Made by a program: the position numbers and the translations under genes. A DNA stretch of 64,000 nt. Source: an uncultured Ignavibacteriales bacterium (GTDB taxonomy: Bacteria > Zixibacteria > MSB-5A5 > GN15 > FEB-12). This document shows positions 22,300 through 33,154 of this stretch, in pieces; position 1 is the first letter of the stretch; every line of letters begins with the position of its first letter. The DNA is taken from contig CAZLBP010000020.1 of the NCBI GenBank assembly GCA_964557855.1, positions 1,454 to 65,453 on the forward strand. Reading direction: 5' to 3'. The notes beneath the pieces are model-generated. The model saw nothing but the letters and a program-made list of their open reading frames with translations. It was not told the DNA's origin and made no database searches.

Positions 22300-22510
22300 A
22301 TCTGCGACCGCGGGCGCCGAGTCCGGACCGGGAAGGTCCTGACCTTCGTGCACATCCGGAAGCCTTACGACTTCAAGACAGTTATATAATGTAGAGCCGA
22401 TTTGGTTCCGATCTGAGGACGCGATTTGCGATCGCGGGCGGGGAGTCAGGAGCGCGAAGGTCTTGACCCAGCTACGGGCTCTGTAGGGCCTCGTTCTGCG
22501 ATCGCAGGCG
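22300..22510. repeat. REP-like cluster (two family B copies plus GTAG units)
   Basis: GCGACCGCGGGCGCCGAGTCCGGACC..GGTCCTGACC and CGCGATTTGCGATCGCGGGCGGGGAGTCAGGAGC..GGTCTTGACC, homologous to 17052-17105. Confidence 0.65.
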
Positions 22511-22540
22511 TTGGCCGTTTTCCCAGCTCGCTCAGTTCTT

Positions 22541-22708
22541 GTCACCCCTGCAAAGGCCGGTGTCCAGGATTTCACTTTTAAAGTCAAACGCACCAGGTTG
22601 AGGTACGACAGGTGCGCAGCGGAGTTCCGCAAAACGGAACTCTGGATTCCCGCTTTCGCGGGAATGACAAATAAGGGCGGCAATGGCAAGAATAAGGCGG
22701 GGATGACT
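22541..22708. repeat. GTCATTCCCGCGAAAGCGGGAATCCAG-type palindromic element (inverted pair plus tandem half copies; family C)
   Basis: GTCACCCCTGCAAAGGCCGGTGTCCAG (22541) faces CTGGATTCCCGCTTTCGCGGGAATGAC (22642), followed by two ~20-nt degenerate halves. Confidence 0.8.
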
Positions 22709-22712
22709 GTGG

Positions 22713-24116
22713 TCAGAACTTCGCCCACCGCGGAACGCGGGGGAACGGGAGGACATCACGGATGTTGGCTACGCCCGTGATGTACATCAAAGCCCGATCA
22801 AAGCCGAGCCCGAACCCGGCGTGAGGCATGGTGCCGTACCTGCGGATGTCGAAGTACCATTGGTAGGGGCCGAAGTCGGTGAGGCCTTTACGGCGCATGT
22901 GCTCCTGTAACACGTCGAGGCGTTCCTCGCGCTGCGAGCCACCGATGATCTCACCGACGCGCGGGACTAATACATCCATGGCGCGGACCGTCTTCCAGTC
23001 ATCATTGACGCGCATGTAGAAGGCTTTGATGTCGAGCGGGTAGTCGTACACTATCACCGGTTTCTTGAACACCTGCTCGGTGAGGTAGCGTTCATGCTCG
23101 CTCTGCAGGTCGACTCCCCATTCGGTGGGAAATTCAAACGGCTTGTTCGCCTTCTGCAGCAGGTCAACAGCTTCGGTATAGGTGATACGCTCGAATTCGG
23201 CTTTGACAATGTCACTCAGCGTGTTGACGAGGTCATGATCTTTGGCAATCCACTTGTTGAAGAAGTCCATATCCTCGGGGCATTGTTCGAGGGCGTAATT
23301 GAACAGGTACTTGAGGAAATCCTCGGCCAGATCCATGTTGTCTTCGAGCTCGGCCCAGGCCATTTCCGGTTCGATCATCCAGAATTCGGAGGCGTGACGC
23401 GAGGTGTTGGAATTCTCGGCACGGAAGATGGGGCCGAACGTGTAGATGTCGCCGAGGGCGGTGGCGAGAAGCTCGCCCTCCATCTGACCCGAGACGGTCA
23501 GGTAGGCCTCGGAGGCAAAGAAGTCCCTGTTCCAGTCGATCTCGCCGTCGGCTTGGGGGACCTTGTCCAGATCAAACGCCGTTACTCGAAACATCTCACC
23601 GGCGCCCTCACAATCCGAGGCGGTGATGATCGGGGTGTGGATATAGTAAAAGCCGCGCTCCTGGTAGTAGGTGTGAATGGCGTAGGCCAGTTTGGAGCGC
23701 ATGCGGTTGACGGCGCCGAAGGTGTTGGTGCGGGGGCGCAGGTGGGCGATTTCGCGGAGGAACTCGAAGTTGTGGCGCTTTTTCTGGAGCGGATAGGTGG
23801 AGTCAGCCTCACCGACCAGATCCAGGGAATCGACCGTGATTTCGTACTTCTGGCCTTTGCCCTGGGATTCAACCAGCTTGCCGCGGATACGCACGGCGGC
23901 GCCGGTCAGGATTTTGTCCATGGCCGGGAATTTCTCCGGGTTGTCCACTACGCCCTGGATGTTCTGCATACAGGAGCCGTCGTTGATCTCGACAAAAGCG
24001 ACGCCCTTGCCCTTGCGGACGGTGCGCACCAGCCCCAGGATAGTGACCGGGGTGTCGAGGGGGACCTTGTCGTCTGTTAGAATCTGCTTGACTTTCGTTC
24101 TGACCTTGTAATCCAT
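22713..24116 (-). CDS. asnS: Asparagine--tRNA ligase
   Basis: [34 protein letters not shown] and [11 protein letters not shown] motifs; GGAG RBS before MDYKV. Confidence 0.96.
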   Translation of the reverse strand: MDYKVRTKVKQILTDDKVPLDTPVTILGLVRTVRKGKGVAFVEINDGSCMQNIQGVVDNPEKFPAMDKILTGAAVRIRGKLVESQGKGQKYEITVDSLDLVGEADSTYPLQKKRHNFEFLREIAHLRPRTNTFGAVNRMRSKLAYAIHTYYQERGFYYIHTPIITASDCEGAGEMFRVTAFDLDKVPQADGEIDWNRDFFASEAYLTVSGQMEGELLATALGDIYTFGPIFRAENSNTSRHASEFWMIEPEMAWAELEDNMDLAEDFLKYLFNYALEQCPEDMDFFNKWIAKDHDLVNTLSDIVKAEFERITYTEAVDLLQKANKPFEFPTEWGVDLQSEHERYLTEQVFKKPVIVYDYPLDIKAFYMRVNDDWKTVRAMDVLVPRVGEIIGGSQREERLDVLQEHMRRKGLTDFGPYQWYFDIRRYGTMPHAGFGLGFDRALMYITGVANIRDVLPFPRVPRWAKF

Positions 24117-24251
24117 CGCCAATTCTCCGGATGCTGCAATTGTTTGGGCCCGAACCGTTCGGGGCAAAGCGCAATAAAACAGGAAAAGGTGATTTTGGCA
24201 AGGTGTAAGGACGCGGCATTGGAATCGGCGCTCCAGGGAATTCGGGCCGGT

Positions 24252-24295
24252 GGCAGGTCACACCTCGCCTTTGGCGGAGCCGGACCTGCCGCAGC
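24252..24295. repeat. REP-like family A copy
   Basis: GGCAGGTC-ACAC-CTCGCCTTTGGCGGAG-CCG-GACCTGCC. Confidence 0.7.
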
Positions 24296-24463
24296 AACAC
24301 TGTGGAACGGTCCCTTAACACTCGGCGATTTATTTGCAGGAAAATCGAAAAAAAACCGACCGCTAAACCCAATTCCGGAACTTGTGGTATAGATGGAATG
24401 TAAAACGGCTGAGAGTTAAGAAGATTTGCTTCTCCACGAGAGATATCGTTCCCAACGAATTAG

Positions 24464-24494
24464 AACCCGGCGTCGTTTGACGAGGCCGGGTTTT
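24464..24494 (+). terminator. Orphan terminator-like hairpin
   Basis: AACCCGGCGTCG-TTTGA-CGAGGCCGGGTT(TT); no + strand CDS directly upstream. Confidence 0.55.
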
Positions 24495-24728
24495 CATTTG
24501 TTGTCAGGCGTCCGCCCCAGCCCGTGAGCATGAGAAATGCCGTTGTCATCGGAGCTTTTGGGACAACCCCGAGTCGCCCGACGGCATACTTCTGGATTGA
24601 GCGGCCAAACGATACACGGCATGAGTTTGGCTATGGCGGACACCGCAGCGGTCCGAGAGACATCCCACCTGTGTCAGAATACTCTCCAGCGACCGATCGT
24701 GGAGTGAAAAGTAGCCTAAAAGAAATGG

Positions 24729-24757
24729 TTGACAATCGAATTACTCCTGATTATCTT
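24729..24757 (+). promoter_or_regulatory. Sigma70-type promoter
   Basis: TTGACA-N17-TATCTT. Confidence 0.6.
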
Positions 24758-24868
24758 ATAGCTGTGTTCCAGGAGAGATAACTAGTTACCAGCCTGTCAT
24801 ATTGGCTCACTGGAGTCAGATCGTGGGTGATCCAAGTATCAAGCAATATGGTCAAATGGAGGAGTGGT

Positions 24869-27535
24869 ATGTCGATTAGTAGAGGTGTGCTGGTTTGTTT
24901 TGTGCTCGGCGTTCTGGCCGTCGGTGTCGAGGCGGTCGAGATATCGGATTTCATGGTCAATGAAGAGAACTATCCCGGTGCGTACCGGCAGGATAATGAG
25001 TCTATGGCCAAAGATGGTCAGGGGAACTATGTAGTCGTCTGGCGGGACTTCCGCAGCGGGGACGGCAAGCTGTTTTTCCAGAGGTTTGACAGTAACGGAC
25101 AGCCGCTGGGAAGCAATCAAGTCGTAGCGGACATGCAGGACGGCTCCGGGGAGCCGACTCCGGTAGTGGCCATGAATCAGGCCGGTCAGTTTGTCATTAT
25201 CTATCGGCCCCATTACTCTGCAGTGGTCATTCAACGTTTCGCGGCTGACGGTCAGCCGGTGGGTAGTGCGCTGACGGTGTCCGGCATCGGCCTGAATGTT
25301 CAGTACACCGGCACTGTCGGTGTCGGCATGAACGACCAGGGGCATATTATCGCTGTATTTCGGGGCAGACTCATTGACGAAGAAGAGTTTCGGCTCTATG
25401 GACAATACGTGGACTTCAATACCGGTCTGGTTGGGCAGAACTTCCCTGTCAGTCAATATACCGAGCCGGAATACGAAGCGATACCCCAGGTGGAAATAAC
25501 CGCAGATGATCACATATTCTGTGCGTTTTACGGTCTGGACTCCTTCGAGGCAGTGATTGCCTACAACCACTTTACCTATTCCAATCCGGCGCCCTTGCCC
25601 GAGAGCGAACTGGATCGGGAAGCGCGGGTACTCGGCGAGTACTGGCATCAGATCACACCGCCATATATGACGGTGCATGAGAACGAGCGGGCTTGTGTGG
25701 TCTGGGAGGGCTCCTACTACATTGAGATTAATCCCAACAGTTACAATTACTGCTGCGACACGACCTATGCCCACATCGTCGATACTTCAGGAACGGTTAT
25801 AGTGAATCAGGGGTACATCAAAGACGACGCCACATTGGACCATCATGTCTACGAATCTGACGTGGTGGCGTTCGATGACATATTCGGCTTGATCGTCTAT
25901 ACGACCGGTGTCATTCACTTTATCGAATTCGGGCTGGACGGCGTACCCACGGGCACCATAACCGATTTGATAATGGGCGACACCAATCAATACCAACGTT
26001 CTCCCGATGCGGAGGTGTTGCCCGGCGGGAATCTGGCAGTGATCTGGCGGTCATACAATTACTCGAGTTACAACGCCGACATTTTTACCGCCGGTTTCGA
26101 ACGCAACGGCGCCGAGATCTTTTCTCTGCAGCGGGTCCACGACGATGTCGGCGCTTTTCAGACATTTCCCGTGGCGGCGGCGGATGCGACGGGGAATTCG
26201 CTCGTGTTGTGGATAGACTATCGCGAGTCTCCCAACGGTGATGTTTATGGCCAGGTGCTGGACCCGCTCGGCAATCCGGTAGGCGCCAATTTCAAGGTCA
26301 ATAACAGTCTGCCCGGCGGAGGGTACTGCCGTCAGTTAGCGTTAGCCTCCAACGGCAATGACCGGGCGGTCGCGGTATGGGTTGATGACGACGTCATCAA
26401 TTTCCAGGCCTTTGAGTCTCCGGGATTCACGAAGCTGGGGGATGTGATAACGGCGGTCGATCCCGGATTCACCTACCGTAATTACTGGCCGGACGTCGGC
26501 GTGTCCGGTACCGGTCAATTCGTTATTGCCTGGCGTCAGCGGCTCGGCCAGAGTGACTATATTACCAACACCTATATGCAGCGTTACAATGCTGACCTGT
26601 CCCAGTGGACTTCGGCCGTGAAGGTGAACGACTCGCCCGGCGAGTATATCGGATTGGGTTTTGACGGACTCTATTTTCAATATGCGCCGAGTGTCGCCGT
26701 GCACACCAACGGTTCTTTCGCCATTGCCTGGTTGGAGATCCATGATTACGAGTGGACGCCCTGGGATGATGAGTCGGTGATGGTTCAGTTTTACAGCAGC
26801 AGTGGAAGCAAGCTTGGCGCCAACCTGGTAGTCAGTGACACGACGGGCAACGCCAAGTGGATCAGTAACCAGGAGATTCGGCCGGATATCGTGGTCAATC
26901 CGTTCGGAGAATACTGTATCGCCTGGACCGGTGGCGGCTTCAACAATATATACGGTCTGTGGGCCAGAGTGTACAACTCGCTCGGGGTCCCCCTCTGCCC
27001 GCAGATCGAGTACACCGATTTCCACGTCTTCAATTACGATTTGACGGCCAGTCTCATTGCCGGTCCGGCACACGAATTCATGGGCGTCTGGTACACTGCC
27101 GGCGACGAGGACCCGGACGTGTACATGAGACGATTTAATTCCACGGGGCAGTTTGTGGGATTCCCGGGACAGGTGAACAACGACGGCACTTCCGAAAGAC
27201 AAAGCTATCCGGCCGGGTATTCGAAAGGCACCACGGCGGCGTTTTTCTGGGAGGATTTTCGCAACGGTAACGAAAACAGCGATATTTATGCGCAATATAC
27301 GAACTGGTACAGTTCCGGCGGCCAGTGCGGTGACGTGACGGATGACGGCGGTCCACCCAACGTCGAAGACCTCACTTTTCTCGTGGACTACTTGTTCCGC
27401 GGCGGCCCGCCGCCGCCGATTTTGGACCAGGCTAATGTGGACGGTGTGACCGGTCCCGGCGGAATGATAGACATCAACGACCTCAGTTACCTGGTCGATT
27501 ACCTGTTCCGCGGCGGTCCGGCGCCGATCTGCTAA
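24869..27535 (+). CDS. Secreted repeat/beta-propeller protein with C-terminal dockerin-like domain
   Basis: GGAGGAG RBS before MSISRG; signal peptide; repeated W.D.R....D.Y.Q.F...G...G.NF.VN units; C-terminal CGDV...DLTFLVDYLFRGGPPP...[18 protein letters not shown]. Confidence 0.88.
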   Translation: MSISRGVLVCFVLGVLAVGVEAVEISDFMVNEENYPGAYRQDNESMAKDGQGNYVVVWRDFRSGDGKLFFQRFDSNGQPLGSNQVVADMQDGSGEPTPVVAMNQAGQFVIIYRPHYSAVVIQRFAADGQPVGSALTVSGIGLNVQYTGTVGVGMNDQGHIIAVFRGRLIDEEEFRLYGQYVDFNTGLVGQNFPVSQYTEPEYEAIPQVEITADDHIFCAFYGLDSFEAVIAYNHFTYSNPAPLPESELDREARVLGEYWHQITPPYMTVHENERACVVWEGSYYIEINPNSYNYCCDTTYAHIVDTSGTVIVNQGYIKDDATLDHHVYESDVVAFDDIFGLIVYTTGVIHFIEFGLDGVPTGTITDLIMGDTNQYQRSPDAEVLPGGNLAVIWRSYNYSSYNADIFTAGFERNGAEIFSLQRVHDDVGAFQTFPVAAADATGNSLVLWIDYRESPNGDVYGQVLDPLGNPVGANFKVNNSLPGGGYCRQLALASNGNDRAVAVWVDDDVINFQAFESPGFTKLGDVITAVDPGFTYRNYWPDVGVSGTGQFVIAWRQRLGQSDYITNTYMQRYNADLSQWTSAVKVNDSPGEYIGLGFDGLYFQYAPSVAVHTNGSFAIAWLEIHDYEWTPWDDESVMVQFYSSSGSKLGANLVVSDTTGNAKWISNQEIRPDIVVNPFGEYCIAWTGGGFNNIYGLWARVYNSLGVPLCPQIEYTDFHVFNYDLTASLIAGPAHEFMGVWYTAGDEDPDVYMRRFNSTGQFVGFPGQVNNDGTSERQSYPAGYSKGTTAAFFWEDFRNGNENSDIYAQYTNWYSSGGQCGDVTDDGGPPNVEDLTFLVDYLFRGGPPPPILDQANVDGVTGPGGMIDINDLSYLVDYLFRGGPAPIC

Positions 27536-27561
27536 ACGTTCGTTCTATCGAGAACGCTCAC

Positions 27562-27601
27562 AAAGCAGTCACCTTGTATAAGCAGGGTGGCTGCTTTTTT
27601 T
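27562..27601 (+). terminator. Rho-independent terminator (CAGYCACC/GGTGGCTG family)
   Basis: AAAGCAGTCACC...GGTGGCTGCTTT plus T-tract. Confidence 0.8.
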
Positions 27602-27731
27602 GTCAGACATAAAGAAGCCGATGGACGCAGAGGAGGTGCTTGGAAATGTCCACCGGCTTGGAGGGGCATTTTGAAGTCTCATGCAATATAGGATATTCTA
27701 CTCAATTGTCAAGTCGGAAACGCCATTCAAC

Positions 27732-27760
27732 TTGACAAATAACTCTAGTTTCGCTATACT
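27732..27760 (+). promoter_or_regulatory. Near-consensus sigma70 promoter
   Basis: TTGACA-N17-TATACT. Confidence 0.7.
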
Positions 27761-27778
27761 GCCTGCTGAGACAGGAGC

Positions 27779-29159
27779 GTGAGAATCGCGCAAACCTGCG
27801 CAGAGCTGTTTACGGATTCCCAATCGGACGATCCAGCAGGCATTGCCTTGTCCATCGGTGCTCGCCGGCTCCATTCTGGTCACAGTCCGGGCTTCTCAAC
27901 ATTTTGTAGCAGTATAGGAGCAGGTAGCAATGAAAGTGATTATGACAGCAACCACCGGAGGAATCGCCGTTGGTCCCGACGGCAGTATCCACGTGACGGG
28001 CTACACGAAGAACCTTGATTTCTACACGCATAACGCCTATGATGATTCCCTGGGCGGTACTCAGGATGCCTTTCTCTTGAAGATTGCGCCCGACGGTCAG
28101 TTGGCGTTCTGCACGTTTCTGGGAGGTGAGGCTTCTGAACGGGCGGTCGATGTTGCGGTGGATGATCCGGGTTTTATCTATGTCGTGGGGTATACGAGTT
28201 CGGACGATTTCCCCACTACACCCGGCGCCTACGATGAAACTCACAATTCGTCGGCGGAAGACTATTTCATTACGAAGTTTACATCTGATGGACAAGGGCT
28301 GGTCGTCAGCACGTACCTGGGCGGCTTCCAGGGCGAGTATTACTACGGCGGCATTGCGCTCGATGCTACCTATAACGTGTACGTGACCGGCTCCACATTC
28401 TCCGTTGATTTCCCTACGGTGGGCGCTATTTACCCCACTCACCAGGGCGGGGGACACGACATTTTCTTTTCGAAGTTATCCGCCTCCAGAGCCCAACTGA
28501 TGTTCAGCACATATCTGGGCGCCACCAACAGTACCATCGAGCACGGGCTGGATATTGTGGTTGATTCCGAGGGCGCCATCCTGGTGACGGGCGTAACCGA
28601 CGGAGATGACGCCCCCATGGTCAATGCCTTCGACAGCTATCACGGTGCCGAATACGCAGAAGTGTTTCTGACGAAGATGGCTTACAATGACGGCGCGCAA
28701 GTATAGGAGATAGTATTCAGTACGTTCGTCAGTGGCTCGGAGACCGACCAGGCACGCGCCATTGACCTGCATCTCGATGGCGATATCTCCGTTTGTGGGA
28801 CATCCAGGTCGGACGATATATATCATGCGGGCGGATACGACACAACTTGCACCGGCGACGGGTACAATGACATCTATGTTGTTCGGCTGAGTCAGTCTCC
28901 ACCCGACACAGGTTGCTGCAACGGCGACGGCTTGCGGGGCAATGTGGACTACCAGAGCGGGCCGGGCGGTGAAATCGATGTGGCTGATCTGTCCTACCTC
29001 GTGGACTTCCTGTTCCGGGGCGGACCCGCACCGCCGTGTGAAGATGAAGGGAATGTGGACGATGTGGTCGGCCCCGGCGGCCCGTTCGATGTGGCGGATT
29101 TGAGCTACCTGGTCGACTATCTGTTCCGGGGCGGCCCGCCGCCGCCGGACTGCCCCTAG
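27779..29159 (+). pseudogene. Interrupted SBBP (beta-propeller repeat) protein with C-terminal dockerin-like domain
   Basis: STYLGG / YVTGST.S.DFPT repeats in 27930-28703. In-frame TAG at 28704-28706, after which the same frame continues (EIVFSTFVSGSETD...GCCNGDGLRGNVD...PPPDCP) to 29159. Probable frameshift near 27950; no clear signal peptide. Confidence 0.8.
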
Positions 29160-29195
29160 TTCGAGAAGCTCCTCTTCCGAGGCACCTCATGTGAG

Positions 29196-29229
29196 ACAGC
29201 CACCCTTCACCGTCGCGTGGGGTGGCTGT
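29196..29229 (+). terminator. Terminator-like hairpin (CAGCCACC/GGTGGCTG family)
   Basis: ACAGCCACCC...GGGTGGCTGT; no T-tract. Confidence 0.6.
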
Positions 29230-29255
29230 GACATGATGAGTACTCGCGCTTCACG

Positions 29256-29284
29256 TTGACAGTATGACTCCAGGTAATTAGATT
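29256..29284 (+). promoter_or_regulatory. Possible sigma70 promoter
   Basis: TTGACA-N17-TAGATT. Confidence 0.45.
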
Positions 29285-29456
29285 TCCCGGCTACCCGCCA
29301 GGAAGTCAAGCCACTGGACATTGTTAGTTCGAGTGTGCTCATTTCGCTCGACTGTTCAACCGAGCAATGACACGTACAAATGAAGTCTTGCCAATTCAGA
29401 AGTTTGTGTTATCTTTCATGGGATAATAAATCTCTGATTCTTGTTTGGAGGACGAT

Positions 29457-32012
29457 ATGAAGCACCATCCGAAAACCAGCAGGGGGCTGTTTGTCATTGC
29501 GATGATCCTTTTCCATTTGGGGGTCGCCGGGTTTGTGTTGGCCGACCCGCCCGCCACGTTCGATCTGAGAGACGTCGGTGGGATCAACTACGTGACATCA
29601 GTCAAGAGCCAGATCGATGGCACCTGTTGGACTCATGGCGCCATGGCCGCTATCGAGGGCAATCTGCTCATGACCGGCAACTGGGCTGCTGCCGGAGAAA
29701 CCGGTGAGCCAAATCTGGCGGAGTATCACCTTGACTGGTGGAACGGATTTAATCAGCACAATAACGACGACACCGATCCGCCCACCGGAGGCGGACTGAC
29801 CGTTCACCAGGGGGGAGATTACCTGGTAACATCGGCCTATCTGGCGCGAGGCGAAGGTGCGGTGCGGGATGTCGACGGTCAGTCTCATACGCCGGCGCCG
29901 CCCAGGTCGGATACCGGCTGGCACTATTACTATGTCAGGGATATGGAATGGTATACGGCCGGAACCGACCTGAGTCGGATCAACAATATCAAAGAGAAGA
30001 TCATATCGGAAGGCGTCATGGGCACGTGCATGTGCTACAGCAGCGCTTTCATTCAAAGCTATATCCATTACCAACCGCCGTCGGACCCGACCGATCCCAA
30101 TCACGCCATTGCTATAGTCGGGTGGGACGACAACAAGATCACGCAGGCGCCGCAACCGGGCGCCTGGCTGTGCAAGAACAGCTGGGGGGCGAGCTGGGGG
30201 CTGAGCGGCTATTTCTGGATATCTTACTACGACAAACACTGCGGGCAGCACCCGGAAATGGGCGCCATAACGTTCCGAAACGTGGAGCCGCTGCAGTACG
30301 ATACGATATACTATCACGATTACCACGGCTGGCGCGACACCGATACCAACGTGACGGAAGCGTTCAATACGTTTGTCGGCAATCACGCGGGTGAGGGCGG
30401 CGAGTTGCTGGAAGCAGTGAGTTTCTATACTGCGGCGGATACGGTCAACTTCACGGTCAGAATCTATGATCGCTTCAACGGTACAGACTTGCTCGACGAG
30501 TTAGCCGTCAAAACCGGGATCATTGAGTTCCGCGGCTTTCATACCGTCAATCTGGACACCCCCGTACCGCTCGTTCAGGGTGACAGCTTTTATGTGTATC
30601 TGTCGTTGTCCGACGGCGGCCATCCGTTCGACAGGACCTCGGATGTGCCGGTGTTGCTGGGCGCCGATTACCGCGCGACGGTGATATCCTCGGCGAACCC
30701 GGGGGAAAGCTTCTACTACAGTGGCGGGATCTGGAACGATCTGTATTTCGCGGGCGACACGACCGCCAACTACTGCATGAAGGCGCTGACTGTTCAGCAG
30801 AAGTACCTGAACCTGCTCCTTCCCGAAGGCGCTCCAGATTACATCGATCCGAACACCGAAGCCACTTTCGCCGTGCAGATACAAAGCGGCAGTGAATCGC
30901 TGGTACCGGGCAGCGCAACGCTGTACTATCGGTACGACGGTGGTGTCTGGCTCAGTAATCCGCTCACACTTATGGGCGGGGAGATGTACGAAGCTGCTTT
31001 ACCGCCGACCAATTGCGATGCCACTCCCGAATTCTACGTCCAGGCTGAAACCGACGGTGGCCACGTTGTTACGAACCCATCCGGCGCACCAGCAAACTGC
31101 TATCACTGCTGGGTCGGTGACCTGGCGGCCGTCATGGCGGACGATTTCGAGACCGACCAGGGCTGGACTACCGAAGTGTTGGGTGCATCCAGCGGCTACT
31201 GGCAGCGGGGTGTGCCGGTTGATGATCCCGGGTGGGACTACGACCCGGCGGCCGATGCGGACGGCAGCGGACAGTGTTTCCTGACGCTGAATCAAATCGG
31301 CAACACGGATGTTGACGACGGCGCCGTGCGGTTGACATCGCCCAAGTTCGATATGAGCCTCGGTGGCGGCGTGGTCAGCTACTACTACTATCTCTACCTT
31401 ACGAATACTTCCGGAGCCGTAGACATGCTGCTGGTGGAGATGAACAACAACGATGGCACCGGAGCGTGGGTCGAGGTCGCCCGTCACGATTCTGACGGCG
31501 GGCTGGACTGGCGGTATCATCAGATTCACGAAGCCGACATGATTGCCGCCGGCGTGACGCCCACTTCTCGGATGCGCCTGAGATTCACCGCCAACGACGC
31601 CGACCCGCAGAGCATTGTCGAGGCCGGTATTGACGGCTTCACCGTCAGCGTCCTCGACTGTGAAGACGTGGCCGATACCGACACGGACGGTATCCCCGAT
31701 ACGGCCGACAATTGTCCGCTGGTTTACAATCCGGAACAGACGGATACCGATGGCGACGGTATCGGTGACGCCTGCTGTTGCGTTAACCGGGGTAATGTAG
31801 ACCATGTGGTTGGAGTTGGCGGGCCGATTGATGTCACCGACCTGTCGTACCTGGTCGACTACCTCTTCCGCTCCGGTTCGATACCGCCTTGTCCGGAGCA
31901 GGGTAATGTTGACGGTGTTGAAGGAGCGGGCGGGCCGATTGATGTCGCCGACCTGTCCTATCTGGTCGACTTCCTCTTCCGAGCCGGACCGCCGCCACCG
32001 GACTGTCCGTAG
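29457..32012 (+). CDS. Secreted papain-like (C1) cysteine peptidase with lectin-like domain, thrombospondin type 3 repeat and dockerin-like domain
   Basis: QIDGTCWTH (catalytic Cys), [11 protein letters not shown] (His), CKNSWG (Asn); [13 protein letters not shown]...[13 protein letters not shown]; duplicated dockerin; GGAGG RBS. Confidence 0.92.
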   Translation: MKHHPKTSRGLFVIAMILFHLGVAGFVLADPPATFDLRDVGGINYVTSVKSQIDGTCWTHGAMAAIEGNLLMTGNWAAAGETGEPNLAEYHLDWWNGFNQHNNDDTDPPTGGGLTVHQGGDYLVTSAYLARGEGAVRDVDGQSHTPAPPRSDTGWHYYYVRDMEWYTAGTDLSRINNIKEKIISEGVMGTCMCYSSAFIQSYIHYQPPSDPTDPNHAIAIVGWDDNKITQAPQPGAWLCKNSWGASWGLSGYFWISYYDKHCGQHPEMGAITFRNVEPLQYDTIYYHDYHGWRDTDTNVTEAFNTFVGNHAGEGGELLEAVSFYTAADTVNFTVRIYDRFNGTDLLDELAVKTGIIEFRGFHTVNLDTPVPLVQGDSFYVYLSLSDGGHPFDRTSDVPVLLGADYRATVISSANPGESFYYSGGIWNDLYFAGDTTANYCMKALTVQQKYLNLLLPEGAPDYIDPNTEATFAVQIQSGSESLVPGSATLYYRYDGGVWLSNPLTLMGGEMYEAALPPTNCDATPEFYVQAETDGGHVVTNPSGAPANCYHCWVGDLAAVMADDFETDQGWTTEVLGASSGYWQRGVPVDDPGWDYDPAADADGSGQCFLTLNQIGNTDVDDGAVRLTSPKFDMSLGGGVVSYYYYLYLTNTSGAVDMLLVEMNNNDGTGAWVEVARHDSDGGLDWRYHQIHEADMIAAGVTPTSRMRLRFTANDADPQSIVEAGIDGFTVSVLDCEDVADTDTDGIPDTADNCPLVYNPEQTDTDGDGIGDACCCVNRGNVDHVVGVGGPIDVTDLSYLVDYLFRSGSIPPCPEQGNVDGVEGAGGPIDVADLSYLVDFLFRAGPPPPDCP

Positions 32013-32050
32013 TAGAGTTCCCTGTCTCTTCGTAAAGACACCTCCCCTGA

Positions 32051-32086
32051 ACAGCCACCCTTCGCCGCCCGGCGGGGTGGCTGTTT
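32051..32086 (+). terminator. Terminator-like hairpin (CAGCCACC/GGTGGCTG family)
   Basis: ACAGCCACCC-TTCGCCGCCCGGCG-GGGTGGCTGT-TT. Confidence 0.7.
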
Positions 32087-32279
32087 CGGCTGGCACGGAT
32101 ACGTGCAGATTCCCTGTTTGTTGTTGAGTTCCCAGCGGTTATATCACCGTAATATACTGCCGTGCAGATCGTTACAGCTGTCGTAGGAAGTTCCCGATTT
32201 GTCCCTTATTCGTTAAGATTTTCCTCCGGTTGTCGAAAATAATCCGTAAGAGCAACCAGTTCTCCAAAGGAGGAAAAAC

Positions 32280-32885
32280 ATGAGGAAACTGCTTATTGTC
32301 AGCACCATCTTACTGGTCGTACCGGCTCTGGCCTCCGCCCAGGCGCCGCAGCCGTTCAGCCTTCACCTGGGGACCGCCGTGTCGCTGCCGACCTCGCCTC
32401 AGGAATTCGCGGACTTCTACAAAATGGGCTTCCACGGTTCGGCGGGTATCGGCTACAAGCTGTCACCTGGCGTGCAGGCGGTAGCTAAAATCGAATATCA
32501 CCGTTTCCAGCTCGATGCCGAAGCCGATCCGCTTCTGGCGGGACTTAACGTCGATGGCGGCCACAACAATATGTGGATGTTCGGCGGCGATCTACGGTAT
32601 GCGTTCGACATGCCGCAGGCTCCGTTGCAGCCGTACGTTCTGGGCGGCCTGGGATTGGCGCACATTTCCATTTCGGAGCTGTCGAGTTCCAATCCACTGG
32701 CAACCGGCCTGAATGACTATCAGCCTGAGGCGCAGAACAAGGTCTATTTCAACGTGGGCACCGGTGTCGAGCTAGCGACCGGTCCGATGTGGAGTCTGTT
32801 CGCCCAGGTGCGTTACGTCTCGGTGCAGACGGAAGGCGACCCGTCCGGGTTCATACCGATTACATTAGGCCTGAAGTTCTTCTAG
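32280..32885 (+). CDS. Outer membrane beta-barrel protein (OmpA/OmpW-like, about 8 strands)
   Basis: AAGGAGG RBS; signal peptide; PYVLGGLG strand; C-terminal GLKFF. Confidence 0.85.
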   Translation: MRKLLIVSTILLVVPALASAQAPQPFSLHLGTAVSLPTSPQEFADFYKMGFHGSAGIGYKLSPGVQAVAKIEYHRFQLDAEADPLLAGLNVDGGHNNMWMFGGDLRYAFDMPQAPLQPYVLGGLGLAHISISELSSSNPLATGLNDYQPEAQNKVYFNVGTGVELATGPMWSLFAQVRYVSVQTEGDPSGFIPITLGLKFF

Positions 32886-32932
32886 GCGAGAGCGAAATTC
32901 GGTAGCTCTGCGGAGCTGCTTTTTTAGCGCAC

Positions 32933-32972
32933 GAGGGAAACGGTTAGGGGCTAGCCGTTTCCCTCTCTTTTT
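32933..32972 (+). terminator. Rho-independent terminator
   Basis: GAGGGAAACGGTTAG-GGG-CTAGCCGTTTCCCTC plus T-tract. Confidence 0.85.
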
Positions 32973-33154
32973 TGCGTATTCCCTATCAATTCCTTACGGC
33001 AGGCAACGAGTACACATGAGGCTCACCCCAGGCTGTGTTACCGCCGGTCATTTCACTGTGGCCGTTATTCCATTTCCGGTCGGCGGCCCATAATCTGGAG
33101 CTGTCCAGCTGTGCCGGCCGCCTGTTCGTGTGACGACGGCAGTGCGATTGCCGG

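Noticed and set aside
22180..22728. 182-aa ORF containing VIPAKAGIQ / WTPAFAGVT
   Set aside because: These peptides are translations of the family C palindrome; the region is a repeat cluster
27320..32012. Near-identical tag DNA as a diversity-generating retroelement TR/VR pair
   Set aside because: No reverse transcriptase in the window, all copies are coding, and differences do not appear confined to adenines
32091..32107. Sigma-54 promoter TGGCACGGATACGTGCA
   Set aside because: GG-to-GC spacing is 11 nt rather than the required 10
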